From assembly GCA_964623335.1 (NCBI GenBank), contig CAZUST010000003.1, positions 869 through 64,868 of the forward strand: a DNA stretch of 64,000 nucleotides, written 5' to 3'. This DNA is from an uncultured Candidatus Saccharibacteria bacterium (GTDB lineage Bacteria > Patescibacteriota > Minisyncoccia > Minisyncoccales > UBA5738). Within the stretch, counting starts at the first letter, position 1. Every line of letters begins with the position of its first letter. Positions 1 through 7,514 of the stretch are shown one piece after another. Made by a program: the position numbers and the translations under genes. The notes beneath the pieces are model-generated. The model was not told the DNA's origin and ran no database searches. It saw only the letters and a list, made by a program, of their open reading frames with translations.

Positions 1-142
1 TCATAATTTGCGTATCATTGCGGCCGATGCTTTCAATGATCGCGAAAGCAGAAACAAACAAACCCGAAAACAACAACCCGATAAGCGCCAAATAAATCAC
101 CACCTCTATTAAAGTGAATCCTCTCCCCGCTTCGTTTATCAT
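1..142 (-). CDS. Type IV prepilin-like protein (partial, runs off window start)
   Basis: Minus-strand translation begins MINEAGRGFTLIEVVIYLALIGLL, a prepilin N-terminal methylation motif (GFTLIE plus hydrophobic helix). The ATGA start overlaps the stop of the next pilin gene. The gene is truncated by the window edge. Confidence 0.5.
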   Translation of the reverse strand, partial: MINEAGRGFTLIEVVIYLALIGLLFSGLFVSAFAIIESIGRNDTQIM

Positions 143-1674
143 TGTCCGGTAATTATTGAAATATGGCTTTTCCCAGAACCATCAACCGACCCGATATAAA
201 CATAATCACTTTCGCAATCCAGCGCAGTTCCGCCGCTTCCACCGCCAACTGGTAAAGAAACGGTTGCTACCGGCAAATTGTCAGCCAGTGAACCAGGATC
301 GACGATATTGAACAGTTGCAGGTTACCGCCTTTAGAACCGCTACCCGTGAGAACAAAAGCCAAAGCGTTGCGCACAATTATACCGTTAACACTAAACGGA
401 TCGCTGATATCTTTATAGCCAAGCGGCGAGGTTGATGATGTTTGGCTTAATTCGGCAATGCTGGTTATGTTGAATTCCGGATGACCAAAAACGTAGCGAC
501 TACCCAAATATAAATTGTCGCCTACCACACATAAACTTTTGCCGTTCCTACCCGCTCCCATACTAAAATAACCGGCAAAAACCGGAGCTTGAGAATTATG
601 AATATCTAAAACCGTCAATTCCCGGCCATCGTCATCGGTTCCCAAATAAGCGTAATTGCCTCTCACATAAATTGATTCCACGCCACGTCTTACCGAATAG
701 CTGCCAATTAACGTTGGCGGCACCTCAGGAAACTTATGAACATCAATAATATTGAATTCTGGCCCGCTTCCGGTCTTTGAAAGCCCCAGATAAACATACC
801 CATTTTTATAAAAAATACTTTTCCCGATACCTTGGCCGCTACTGCCGTTTACGCCAGGGACCGGAAAACTTGATCTCAAAATCGGAACTGCCGGGTTGCT
901 AATATCAAAAATCTGCAATTGGCCGAAATTCGGATCGGTCACCGCAATATTTCTAGCACTGGCAATATAGGCATAGTTTCCAGCAACTTTCACCGCATTA
1001 ATACCCTTCACTGTTGTGGTCGAATTATCTATACTGCCTTTGTAGACCGGAGAAACAGGGTTTGAAATATCGAATATGAATAAAGTATGGTCGGTACTTG
1101 TCGCCGTGTCGCTGGCGGCGACATAAAGCATTTTTTGATAAGCATCCATATTTGTTATCGGATAATTGTCATCAGGCAAACCTGAACCCGATAAAATTCC
1201 AACAGACGACATTTTGTAATCTACCGGATGATCATTCGGCACCCAATCAAATGCAATCGCGGAATTGCAAGTGTCGCCGCCAACAGCGTTGTTGAAGTTG
1301 GTCACAATGGCGGTCAGCTTGGTTTCGCCGCGCCGGCCTGAATCTTCGGGAAATTCAACGTGGGCAGTCACCAGCTTGGTAAAATAATCTTTTTGTTCAA
1401 CATCAACCCAAGTTTTGAAGCCGTCGGCGGTCGTGGTTGCCGCCGCCGGATTCACCAGATTGAAATCCTTGCGGCTGTCGGCTTGCGCTTTTTCCAGCAA
1501 ACTTTGGGCGATGTTCAACGCTTCCGCGTTTGTCCGGCTGTCAACAATTATTGATTGGTTGCCAAACGAAACCGAAACCACCGCGGTCAGCGCCAATATC
1601 AAAATAAACATTGCTATCAGCATTTCCAGCGTTGAAAATCCTTTCTGATTTAATTTGTGATCGTTGTTTTCCAC
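139..1674 (-). CDS. Large pilin-like protein: prepilin N-terminus fused to an LVIVD-repeat beta-propeller domain (possible tip adhesin)
   Basis: N-terminus GFSTLEMLIAMFILILALTAV is a type IV pilin class III signal. The body carries repeated LQIFDISNP, LFIFDISNP, LTVLDIHN and LQLFNIVDP motifs, which are typical LVIVD repeats. Confidence 0.6.
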   Translation of the reverse strand: MENNDHKLNQKGFSTLEMLIAMFILILALTAVVSVSFGNQSIIVDSRTNAEALNIAQSLLEKAQADSRKDFNLVNPAAATTTADGFKTWVDVEQKDYFTKLVTAHVEFPEDSGRRGETKLTAIVTNFNNAVGGDTCNSAIAFDWVPNDHPVDYKMSSVGILSGSGLPDDNYPITNMDAYQKMLYVAASDTATSTDHTLFIFDISNPVSPVYKGSIDNSTTTVKGINAVKVAGNYAYIASARNIAVTDPNFGQLQIFDISNPAVPILRSSFPVPGVNGSSGQGIGKSIFYKNGYVYLGLSKTGSGPEFNIIDVHKFPEVPPTLIGSYSVRRGVESIYVRGNYAYLGTDDDGRELTVLDIHNSQAPVFAGYFSMGAGRNGKSLCVVGDNLYLGSRYVFGHPEFNITSIAELSQTSSTSPLGYKDISDPFSVNGIIVRNALAFVLTGSGSKGGNLQLFNIVDPGSLADNLPVATVSLPVGGGSGGTALDCESDYVYIGSVDGSGKSHISIITGQ

Positions 1675-1682
1675 TTTTAAAC

Positions 1683-2249
1683 TTAATTAGTCCAATCGAT
1701 CCGGCCTTCGGAATTGACCTCGACAACCGAACTATGCCCCATTCCATCGGTTATGGTCACGCTCGTGCTCGTCGCATTGGTTATGTTCGTGCTCGTCGCA
1801 TTTCCGTTCAACCGTTCAAAAATTATATCCATAGATGTCGCGGTGTCAACGTAAACGGTTTTATTGTCAAATTCAATAGCTTCATCAATCGCCGTATCAC
1901 GGCTTGAAAAACTCAATCCCTGGAAAATAACAATCTTGCCCTTATTCGGGTCGGTCTTTGAATAAAAATGCACTCCGTGGGATTTGCCGTCGCAGCAATG
2001 GTTCGGCTGCGAACATAAATTTGCGTCAGATGGAATGGTTCCAACGCACATATTGTTTACCGCCAAACTTCTCGCGCGCTGAAGCGCCGAAACAACCATA
2101 TCCCGATCGTTGCGGAACGCGCCGCCGCGCAAGCTTTCCATGCTCATAAACAATCCCAAAGCTCCCACGATCGCCAACAGCGCCATTACGATACATATTT
2201 CGATCACGGTAAATCCGTTTTTACGGGCGCAAATTTTGTGTAATTCCAT
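1683..2249 (-). CDS. Type IV prepilin-like protein
   Basis: N-terminus KNGFTVIEICIVMALLAIVGALGL carries the G-F-T-x-x-E prepilin cleavage/methylation motif. Confidence 0.65.
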   Translation of the reverse strand: MELHKICARKNGFTVIEICIVMALLAIVGALGLFMSMESLRGGAFRNDRDMVVSALQRARSLAVNNMCVGTIPSDANLCSQPNHCCDGKSHGVHFYSKTDPNKGKIVIFQGLSFSSRDTAIDEAIEFDNKTVYVDTATSMDIIFERLNGNATSTNITNATSTSVTITDGMGHSSVVEVNSEGRIDWTN

Positions 2250-3489
2250 AAATCGGGGTAATGATAGATAACGCGATAAAACCGACCAATACGCCCATAA
2301 AAATCATCAACACCGGCTCAATACTGGTCGTCAGATTTTTGGTGGTGTTGTTCATTTCGTCTTCATACATCTCCGACAAATACATCAGGCTCGACCCAAG
2401 GTTGCCGGTCATCTCCCCCACGCTTACCATTTGCGACACCAGAGGCGGAAACAATAATTTGTCTTTCTCCATATTTTCCGCCACACCTTCGCCGCGCACC
2501 ACGCCCTCGGCAATTTTTTTGAAAGCTTGCCTATACGCCGCGTTGCCCATCGTGTCGCCCACGATATTCAACGTCTGGATGATGCCGAGTTCGCTTTTCA
2601 ATAACAAACCGAATGTGCGGGTGAAATTGGCGATGAAATAACAACGGAACATCGGCCCCAAGAGCGGTATGTTCAAGGTAAACCGATCGCTGGCGCGGCG
2701 AATCGATTCAACGCGCGACAAAAATCCCCATATCGCCAATAACAGAATAATTACCGCCAAAAACCAAAGCCAATAAGCCTGAGCCGCGGAACTAACGGCA
2801 ATGAGCAGTTTGGTGCTCCAGGGAAGCTCGGCTTTGAAACTGGAAAAAATCGGCAAAATCTTGGGAAACACATAAATCATCAGCATAATCACAATCCCAA
2901 CGGTCGCCACCAGAATAAACGCCGGATAAATCAACGCGCCGATGATCGCGTGCTTCAGTTCCTGTTTTTTCTTGGTCTCGTCGGCCAGATAATGCAAATT
3001 CTGCACCAGCGTGCCGCTGGTTTCCCCCACCATAACGATACTCACGCCGAAATGGCCGAAAACATTACTGTAGCTCTCCATCGATTTTGCCAACGACTGC
3101 CCTCTTTCCACGCCGTCGTGAAGAAAACCGATGATCCGTTGCGATCCTTTGGAAACCGACTGCCGCTTCAAGATGTCCAGCGCCGTCACGATCGAAACCC
3201 CCGATTTGATCAGGATCGCCAAACGTTTGGCAAAAACGATTTGTTCGGTCGCTCCCATTTTGGAAAACAACTGCGGACGGATTTTCTTGGCCGGTTTCGC
3301 CTTGTTCTCGCCGCGCTGCGACCGCGATTCCTTGGCGGCGATCTTTTTGACCTTCAATCCGAAAGAATTCAATTTCGCATTGATAAACCCAGCGGCGGAA
3401 CAACCGCTGCTCCCGACACGCACCAATATGGCGGCTGTTTGCGGGAATGGGCTTTTCGCGAATAACTTTTTTAATTTTTTGCTAGCCAT
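2221..3489 (-). CDS. pilC: Type IV pilus assembly platform protein PilC (GspF family)
   Basis: Two GspF-type repeats with conserved membrane helices. The sequence matches PilC/GspF along its whole length and sits next to the pilB ATPase. Confidence 0.85.
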   Translation of the reverse strand: MASKKLKKLFAKSPFPQTAAILVRVGSSGCSAAGFINAKLNSFGLKVKKIAAKESRSQRGENKAKPAKKIRPQLFSKMGATEQIVFAKRLAILIKSGVSIVTALDILKRQSVSKGSQRIIGFLHDGVERGQSLAKSMESYSNVFGHFGVSIVMVGETSGTLVQNLHYLADETKKKQELKHAIIGALIYPAFILVATVGIVIMLMIYVFPKILPIFSSFKAELPWSTKLLIAVSSAAQAYWLWFLAVIILLLAIWGFLSRVESIRRASDRFTLNIPLLGPMFRCYFIANFTRTFGLLLKSELGIIQTLNIVGDTMGNAAYRQAFKKIAEGVVRGEGVAENMEKDKLLFPPLVSQMVSVGEMTGNLGSSLMYLSEMYEDEMNNTTKNLTTSIEPVLMIFMGVLVGFIALSIITPIYGITQNLRP

Positions 3490-3498
3490 GGATGGTTG

Positions 3499-4707
3499 TT
3501 ATTCGTAGAGCATTCTTAGAATTTCCTCGATGGTGGTTATCCCCTGCCGGGCTTTGCTGAAACCATCCTCGATCAGCGTAAACATACCGCTTTCGGCAGC
3601 CACTTTCTTGATTTCCCTGGCCGCCGCCTTTTTCAGAATCGCGTCGCGCAGCGGATCGTCGGGCACCAGCACTTCGTGGATGCCCACCCGTCCCAAATAG
3701 CCGGTTTGGCCGCATTTGTCGCATCCTTTGCCGTAGAAGAATTTTTCCTGCCTTTCCAACATTTTTGCCGGAATCACATTGCTCAAACTTTTCGCCTCGG
3801 CCAAAGTGATATTGCGCGACTCTTTGCAGTGAGAACAGATTTTGCGCACCAGCCGCTGGCCGATAACCACATTGACCGTAGATGCGATCAAATAGCTCTC
3901 CACTTGCATATCCAAAAGCCGCGGCAAGGTCGTTGCCGCGTCATTGGTATGCAGCGTGGAAAGCATCAAGTGGCCGGTCAGGGCCGCGTTGACCGCGATA
4001 CCCGCGGTTTCCGCGTCGCGGATCTCCCCCACCATGATTATATTCGGATCCTGGCGCAAAATGCTGCGCAAACCAGTGGCAAAAGTCAACCCGGTACGCG
4101 AATTGACCGGTATCTGCTGTATGCCGTCGATCGCGTACTCAACCGGATCTTCGATGGTGATGATCGAAGTTTCCTCGGTATTCAAAGTTTTCAATAAAGT
4201 ATAGAGCGAAGTTGTTTTGCCGCTTCCCGTGGGCCCGGTGGCCAAAATCATACCGTAGGGCTTTTTGACCGCTTCTTCGATTTTACTGGCGTTTTCCGGC
4301 GAAAATCCCAGCGTCTTCAGGCTGAACGAGCCCGCCTTGTCGGAAAGCAAGCGCAGAACCGCGTTCTCGCCGTAATATGTGGGCACTACCGATACCCGGA
4401 CATCCAAAGGCCGGGCCTCCAAAACCATACGGAAACGGCCATCCTGCGGCGCCTGATGCTCATCGGTGCGCAATCCGGCAAGGATTTTGATGCGGCTGAT
4501 CACTTCGGAATGCATTCTCAACGGCAATTTATGGTAATCCCTAAGCCAGCCATCAACGCGGTATCTTACCCGGATCGAATCGCTTTGCGGTTCCAAATGG
4601 ACATCGGACGCCCGCAACCCGTGCGCTTCTTCAATAATCAACGCAACCAGTTTAACAACCGAGGTCATTTGCTCTTTGGCAAGTTCACTTTTTACGATAT
4701 CCGCCAT
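3499..4707 (-). CDS. pilB: Type IV pilus assembly ATPase PilB (GspE family)
   Basis: Walker A motif GPTGSGKTT, Asp box and His box are present. A CSHC...CDKCGQTG tetracysteine motif typical of GspE/PilB is also present. Confidence 0.85.
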   Translation of the reverse strand: MADIVKSELAKEQMTSVVKLVALIIEEAHGLRASDVHLEPQSDSIRVRYRVDGWLRDYHKLPLRMHSEVISRIKILAGLRTDEHQAPQDGRFRMVLEARPLDVRVSVVPTYYGENAVLRLLSDKAGSFSLKTLGFSPENASKIEEAVKKPYGMILATGPTGSGKTTSLYTLLKTLNTEETSIITIEDPVEYAIDGIQQIPVNSRTGLTFATGLRSILRQDPNIIMVGEIRDAETAGIAVNAALTGHLMLSTLHTNDAATTLPRLLDMQVESYLIASTVNVVIGQRLVRKICSHCKESRNITLAEAKSLSNVIPAKMLERQEKFFYGKGCDKCGQTGYLGRVGIHEVLVPDDPLRDAILKKAAAREIKKVAAESGMFTLIEDGFSKARQGITTIEEILRMLYE

Positions 4708-4763
4708 AGTGTTAGGCCATCATTGGCCGTGTTTTTAATGAACATACCCTATTGTTTGATTTT

Positions 4764-4794
4764 GGACAAGACTTGACTTGTCCTTGACTTGTCC
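4764..4794. promoter_or_regulatory. Palindromic, operator-like sequence upstream of pilB
   Basis: GGACAAGaCTTGaCTTGTCC ttga CTTGTCC is an inverted repeat plus a direct repeat of CTTGTCC. It lies about 60 bp upstream of the pilB start. Confidence 0.3.
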
Positions 4795-5015
4795 TATCAA
4801 GTTTTATCGAATTTATATTTTTTATAGCTGTTTCGTCTTTCGAAATACGAACCCCGAACGGCGGCTTAAAGGATTCTCATCCATCATCTCCCAAGAGCTT
4901 GTCCCAGAATTTACCTTTGGATAAACTATCGTATTTTGTCATACATAATACGAAACCCGTCATAGTTTAAACCATGACGGGTACCGATAAGCGGGCCACA
5001 GTAGAGGATGTTGGA

Positions 5016-5085
5016 ACTATTTTTGAAAGAAAAAATGATGCGACAATCTACATCCCTACTCTGGAATATGTGGAAAAATTATAAA
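5016..5085. repeat. Copy A of a ~70-bp direct repeat (AACTATTTTTGAA..GATGCGACAAT..ATCCCTA.TCTG.AATATGT.GAAAAAT)
   Basis: About 88% identical to copy B at 5671-5738. The two copies bracket the secreted-protein gene 5163-5576. Confidence 0.6.
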
Positions 5086-5162
5086 TTTACCCTACCCTCC
5101 AATATACTATTTTATTAAGACGTAAATGATAAGTAGATTATACGATAATTAAAATATACTCA

Positions 5163-5576
5163 TCATTTTTTTGATAGTAGAGCAACTATTTGATACAAGA
5201 TATCAATGATTTTCCCCTGCATTTCAATGGTTCGTTTCTGTGATGTGATTTCATTCTGTAACGCTACAATCTGATTATTCAAGATATTATTGCTGGGGCA
5301 GGTATAAGTATTTATATATGACCCCCCATTGGTGGTTGTTTGATTCTGAGTAGCTGAATTAGGTATAGATTGAAGGACATAGCCACCCGAAGTATTATTA
5401 TCTCCCGTATCATAACTAACCGTAGAGGTAGCATTACTGCAAGCACCACCAGAGCAGGTGACATCTCCTCCGAGATTACCAGTATAATAAACCGCTTGCA
5501 TAGCAAACACATCTTGGGTATGAAACCCAAATAAAATAAAATTTAAGAGAGCCGCAATAATATAGATTTTTTTCAT
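5163..5576 (-). CDS. Small secreted protein with a Cys-containing Asn/Thr-rich region and a C-terminal coiled coil (function unknown)
   Basis: Signal peptide MKKIYIIAALLNFILFGFHTQDVFA. The gene is AT-rich and lies at the left edge of the island. Confidence 0.5.
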   Translation of the reverse strand: MKKIYIIAALLNFILFGFHTQDVFAMQAVYYTGNLGGDVTCSGGACSNATSTVSYDTGDNNTSGGYVLQSIPNSATQNQTTTNGGSYINTYTCPSNNILNNQIVALQNEITSQKRTIEMQGKIIDILYQIVALLSKK

Positions 5577-5670
5577 TTTTTTATCATATCAACTTATTAT
5601 TTTTTATTATACCAAAAAACCACCATAATGACGGTTTTTGAAAACAGGATGCCATAGCGCAGAACATTAA

Positions 5671-5738
5671 AACTATTTTTGAACAAAAAAAAGATGCGAC
5701 AATTTATATCCCTAATCTGAAATATGTTGAAAAATAAA
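5671..5738. repeat. Copy B of the ~70-bp direct repeat
   Basis: See copy A. Confidence 0.6.
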
Positions 5739-5762
5739 ACTTGCCTATAATATCACTTATAT

Positions 5763-5996
5763 TTATTTGCTTGTTGCTATAATGGTAGCCCAAGAGCCAA
5801 GAATAAGAGAGAGTATTACAACAAAAATCCAGTTAAAATTAACAACCGTGATTGTTATAGAAAAAACCCAAAGTAAAAGCGCAATAATTGGGGCAAGAAG
5901 TAAACCATAAAATAGAGTGCCAAAAAGAAATACATTAAACTCCATAGTTTTGTATTTATATAATTTCGTTAAGAAACAAAATTGGGATAATACCAC
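5763..5996 (-). CDS. Small two-TM membrane protein (hypothetical)
   Basis: The 77-aa ORF has two hydrophobic helices and fits the local minus-strand gene string. Confidence 0.3.
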   Translation of the reverse strand: MVLSQFCFLTKLYKYKTMEFNVFLFGTLFYGLLLAPIIALLLWVFSITITVVNFNWIFVVILSLILGSWATIIATSK

Positions 5997-6042
5997 CGCC
6001 CCTTAGCCCAAATAATTCTAAGAAGTTTTTGCCCATATTATG

Positions 6043-6486
6043 CTATTTAATACGACATATTTTATCGCTATCTTTAACCATTGGTTTAAGCTTCTTAAGC
6101 TGAGGGAGCGAAATACTAACCTCACCAGCCCTTGTCGGTGTTCTATGGGACAATGACTGCCAAGGCAGTTTGCCATCGCCGTTGTAAATTTCCTCAAAAC
6201 TTCCGTCTGAATTGATTTTCAACACAAGCAACAAGTCAGAGGGGCCCTTCAAATCAACAGAGGTTCCTTGTGTTGCTTTTACCTGAACCTCTCGTCCGTT
6301 ATACTTACCGTCGTGTCCCTTATGAGAAGGCGAATAGAGCTCAACGCCATAGTAAAACTCGGCATATACCTCGCCTATGCTCCCAACCATATGTCCATCT
6401 GGCGTGAACGGCCTTTTAGTAATTACGGTTAAGCGCTTAGATGCTTCAAATATCTGCCTAATTGAATTTATAATTTCGTAATTCAT
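6043..6486 (-). CDS. Hypothetical soluble protein (possible small PD-(D/E)xK-like fold; speculative)
   Basis: The ORF-track start is 6510. I prefer the internal ATG (MNYEIINSIR...), which has a G-rich stretch upstream. The motif GHDGKYNGREVQVK loosely resembles a nuclease core. No confident family assignment. Confidence 0.4.
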   Translation of the reverse strand: MNYEIINSIRQIFEASKRLTVITKRPFTPDGHMVGSIGEVYAEFYYGVELYSPSHKGHDGKYNGREVQVKATQGTSVDLKGPSDLLLVLKINSDGSFEEIYNGDGKLPWQSLSHRTPTRAGEVSISLPQLKKLKPMVKDSDKICRIK

Positions 6487-6517
6487 AATTTTTACCCAAC
6501 CCCGCCACACACTTTAT

Positions 6518-6955
6518 TTACTGATTAAAAATCAGAAATATTACTGCAAAAACTATTATTGTAAAAACAAAAAGTATAGCGAACGGGGCATAAGTAAGAA
6601 TTTTATCCATTGTCCGCCAAAAGGGGCTCCTCTTCTCGTTTCTTTTCCTTACCATCTCTTTTACATTCAAATGAGTTATCTCCTCCATACTTTTTATATT
6701 TTCATCTTCTGCCATCAAAAGCTCTATAGTCCTAAACCATAAACATAATGGCATTAAAAAAAGTAAAACTGAAATCAAGATTTTCACAAAGAAAGTCATC
6801 TCCAATAACTCATTATTGAAAGTTGCCACGACTAAAAGTGCGGCTGATAATCCGCTAACAATGGAAAGCGATTGCGATTTCTCGGCCATAACAAACCTAA
6901 GAGTTTCTATTCTTGCGTTAAGTCTTTCTTTGTTTGCTTCAAAATTATCGTTCAT
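6518..6955 (-). CDS. Multi-pass membrane protein (hypothetical)
   Basis: Three to four hydrophobic helices, for example LSAALLVVATF and ILISVLLFLMPLCLWF, with a charged linker. Confidence 0.45.
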   Translation of the reverse strand: MNDNFEANKERLNARIETLRFVMAEKSQSLSIVSGLSAALLVVATFNNELLEMTFFVKILISVLLFLMPLCLWFRTIELLMAEDENIKSMEEITHLNVKEMVRKRNEKRSPFWRTMDKILTYAPFAILFVFTIIVFAVIFLIFNQ

Positions 6956-6973
6956 ATTTTTTGCACCACCCCG

Positions 6974-7483
6974 TTACGCACTATTTCTGGTAAGGGCGGT
7001 TTTGATTTTTTGGGAAAGTTCGCTTGGGTTAAACTGGCCGTGGTTATCTAACCGCAACAAAGGGAGACCTGCACCTTTTAGGATGCGTTCAACCTCCCCG
7101 TCCCGCTCCTGCCTATCCGTGCGCCCGTGGGTGCGGTCATCCAGCTCAATCGCAAGCCTTGGTGCAATATAAGCCTTGTCGCACAGCACAAAATCAACCG
7201 ATTTCCCGTTAATATGACGAAAGGCGGCCTTCCAGTTCTGCCCCACAACCTTGTTATCAACGATTGATGAAAGGTGAGCTTGGGGAAAGATGTAAAAATC
7301 CCCGCCAACGGCATTTACCAGCGCATCATAACATTCGTGCTCCGCGCGAGACAGAAAAAAATCCTTTTTTTTGTATTGGTATCCCTTTTTTGAAATATCC
7401 TCTTCGTCTTGCGGCCTTTGGAAAAACTTAAAAAACAAAACAGCGGCAACTAACACGCCGAGCCAAATAAGTGAAGTTTCCAT
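6974..7483 (-). CDS. DUF2726-family (restriction-endonuclease-like/NERD-related) protein with an N-terminal TM anchor
   Basis: N-terminal helix LIWLGVLVAAVLFF. Core SRAEHECYDALVNAVGGDFYIFPQAHL...VDFVLCDKAYIAPRLAIELDDRTHG matches the DUF2726 signature, including DFVL.D and IELDD. Confidence 0.6.
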   Translation of the reverse strand: METSLIWLGVLVAAVLFFKFFQRPQDEEDISKKGYQYKKKDFFLSRAEHECYDALVNAVGGDFYIFPQAHLSSIVDNKVVGQNWKAAFRHINGKSVDFVLCDKAYIAPRLAIELDDRTHGRTDRQERDGEVERILKGAGLPLLRLDNHGQFNPSELSQKIKTALTRNSA

Positions 7484-7514
7484 AGTTTTAATTTTTACCC
7501 CACCCTACTTTTCA

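Noticed and set aside
4708-5760. Direct repeat of the tRNA-Asp 3' end (classical att duplication) at the presumed left boundary of the island
   Set aside because: I looked for the TGGCGGGCCAGACGGGATTTGAACCCGT segment or its complement here and found only an 8-nt chance match (GCGGGCCA). Serine integrases do not generate long direct repeats, so the absence does not contradict integration. However, the left boundary remains undefined.
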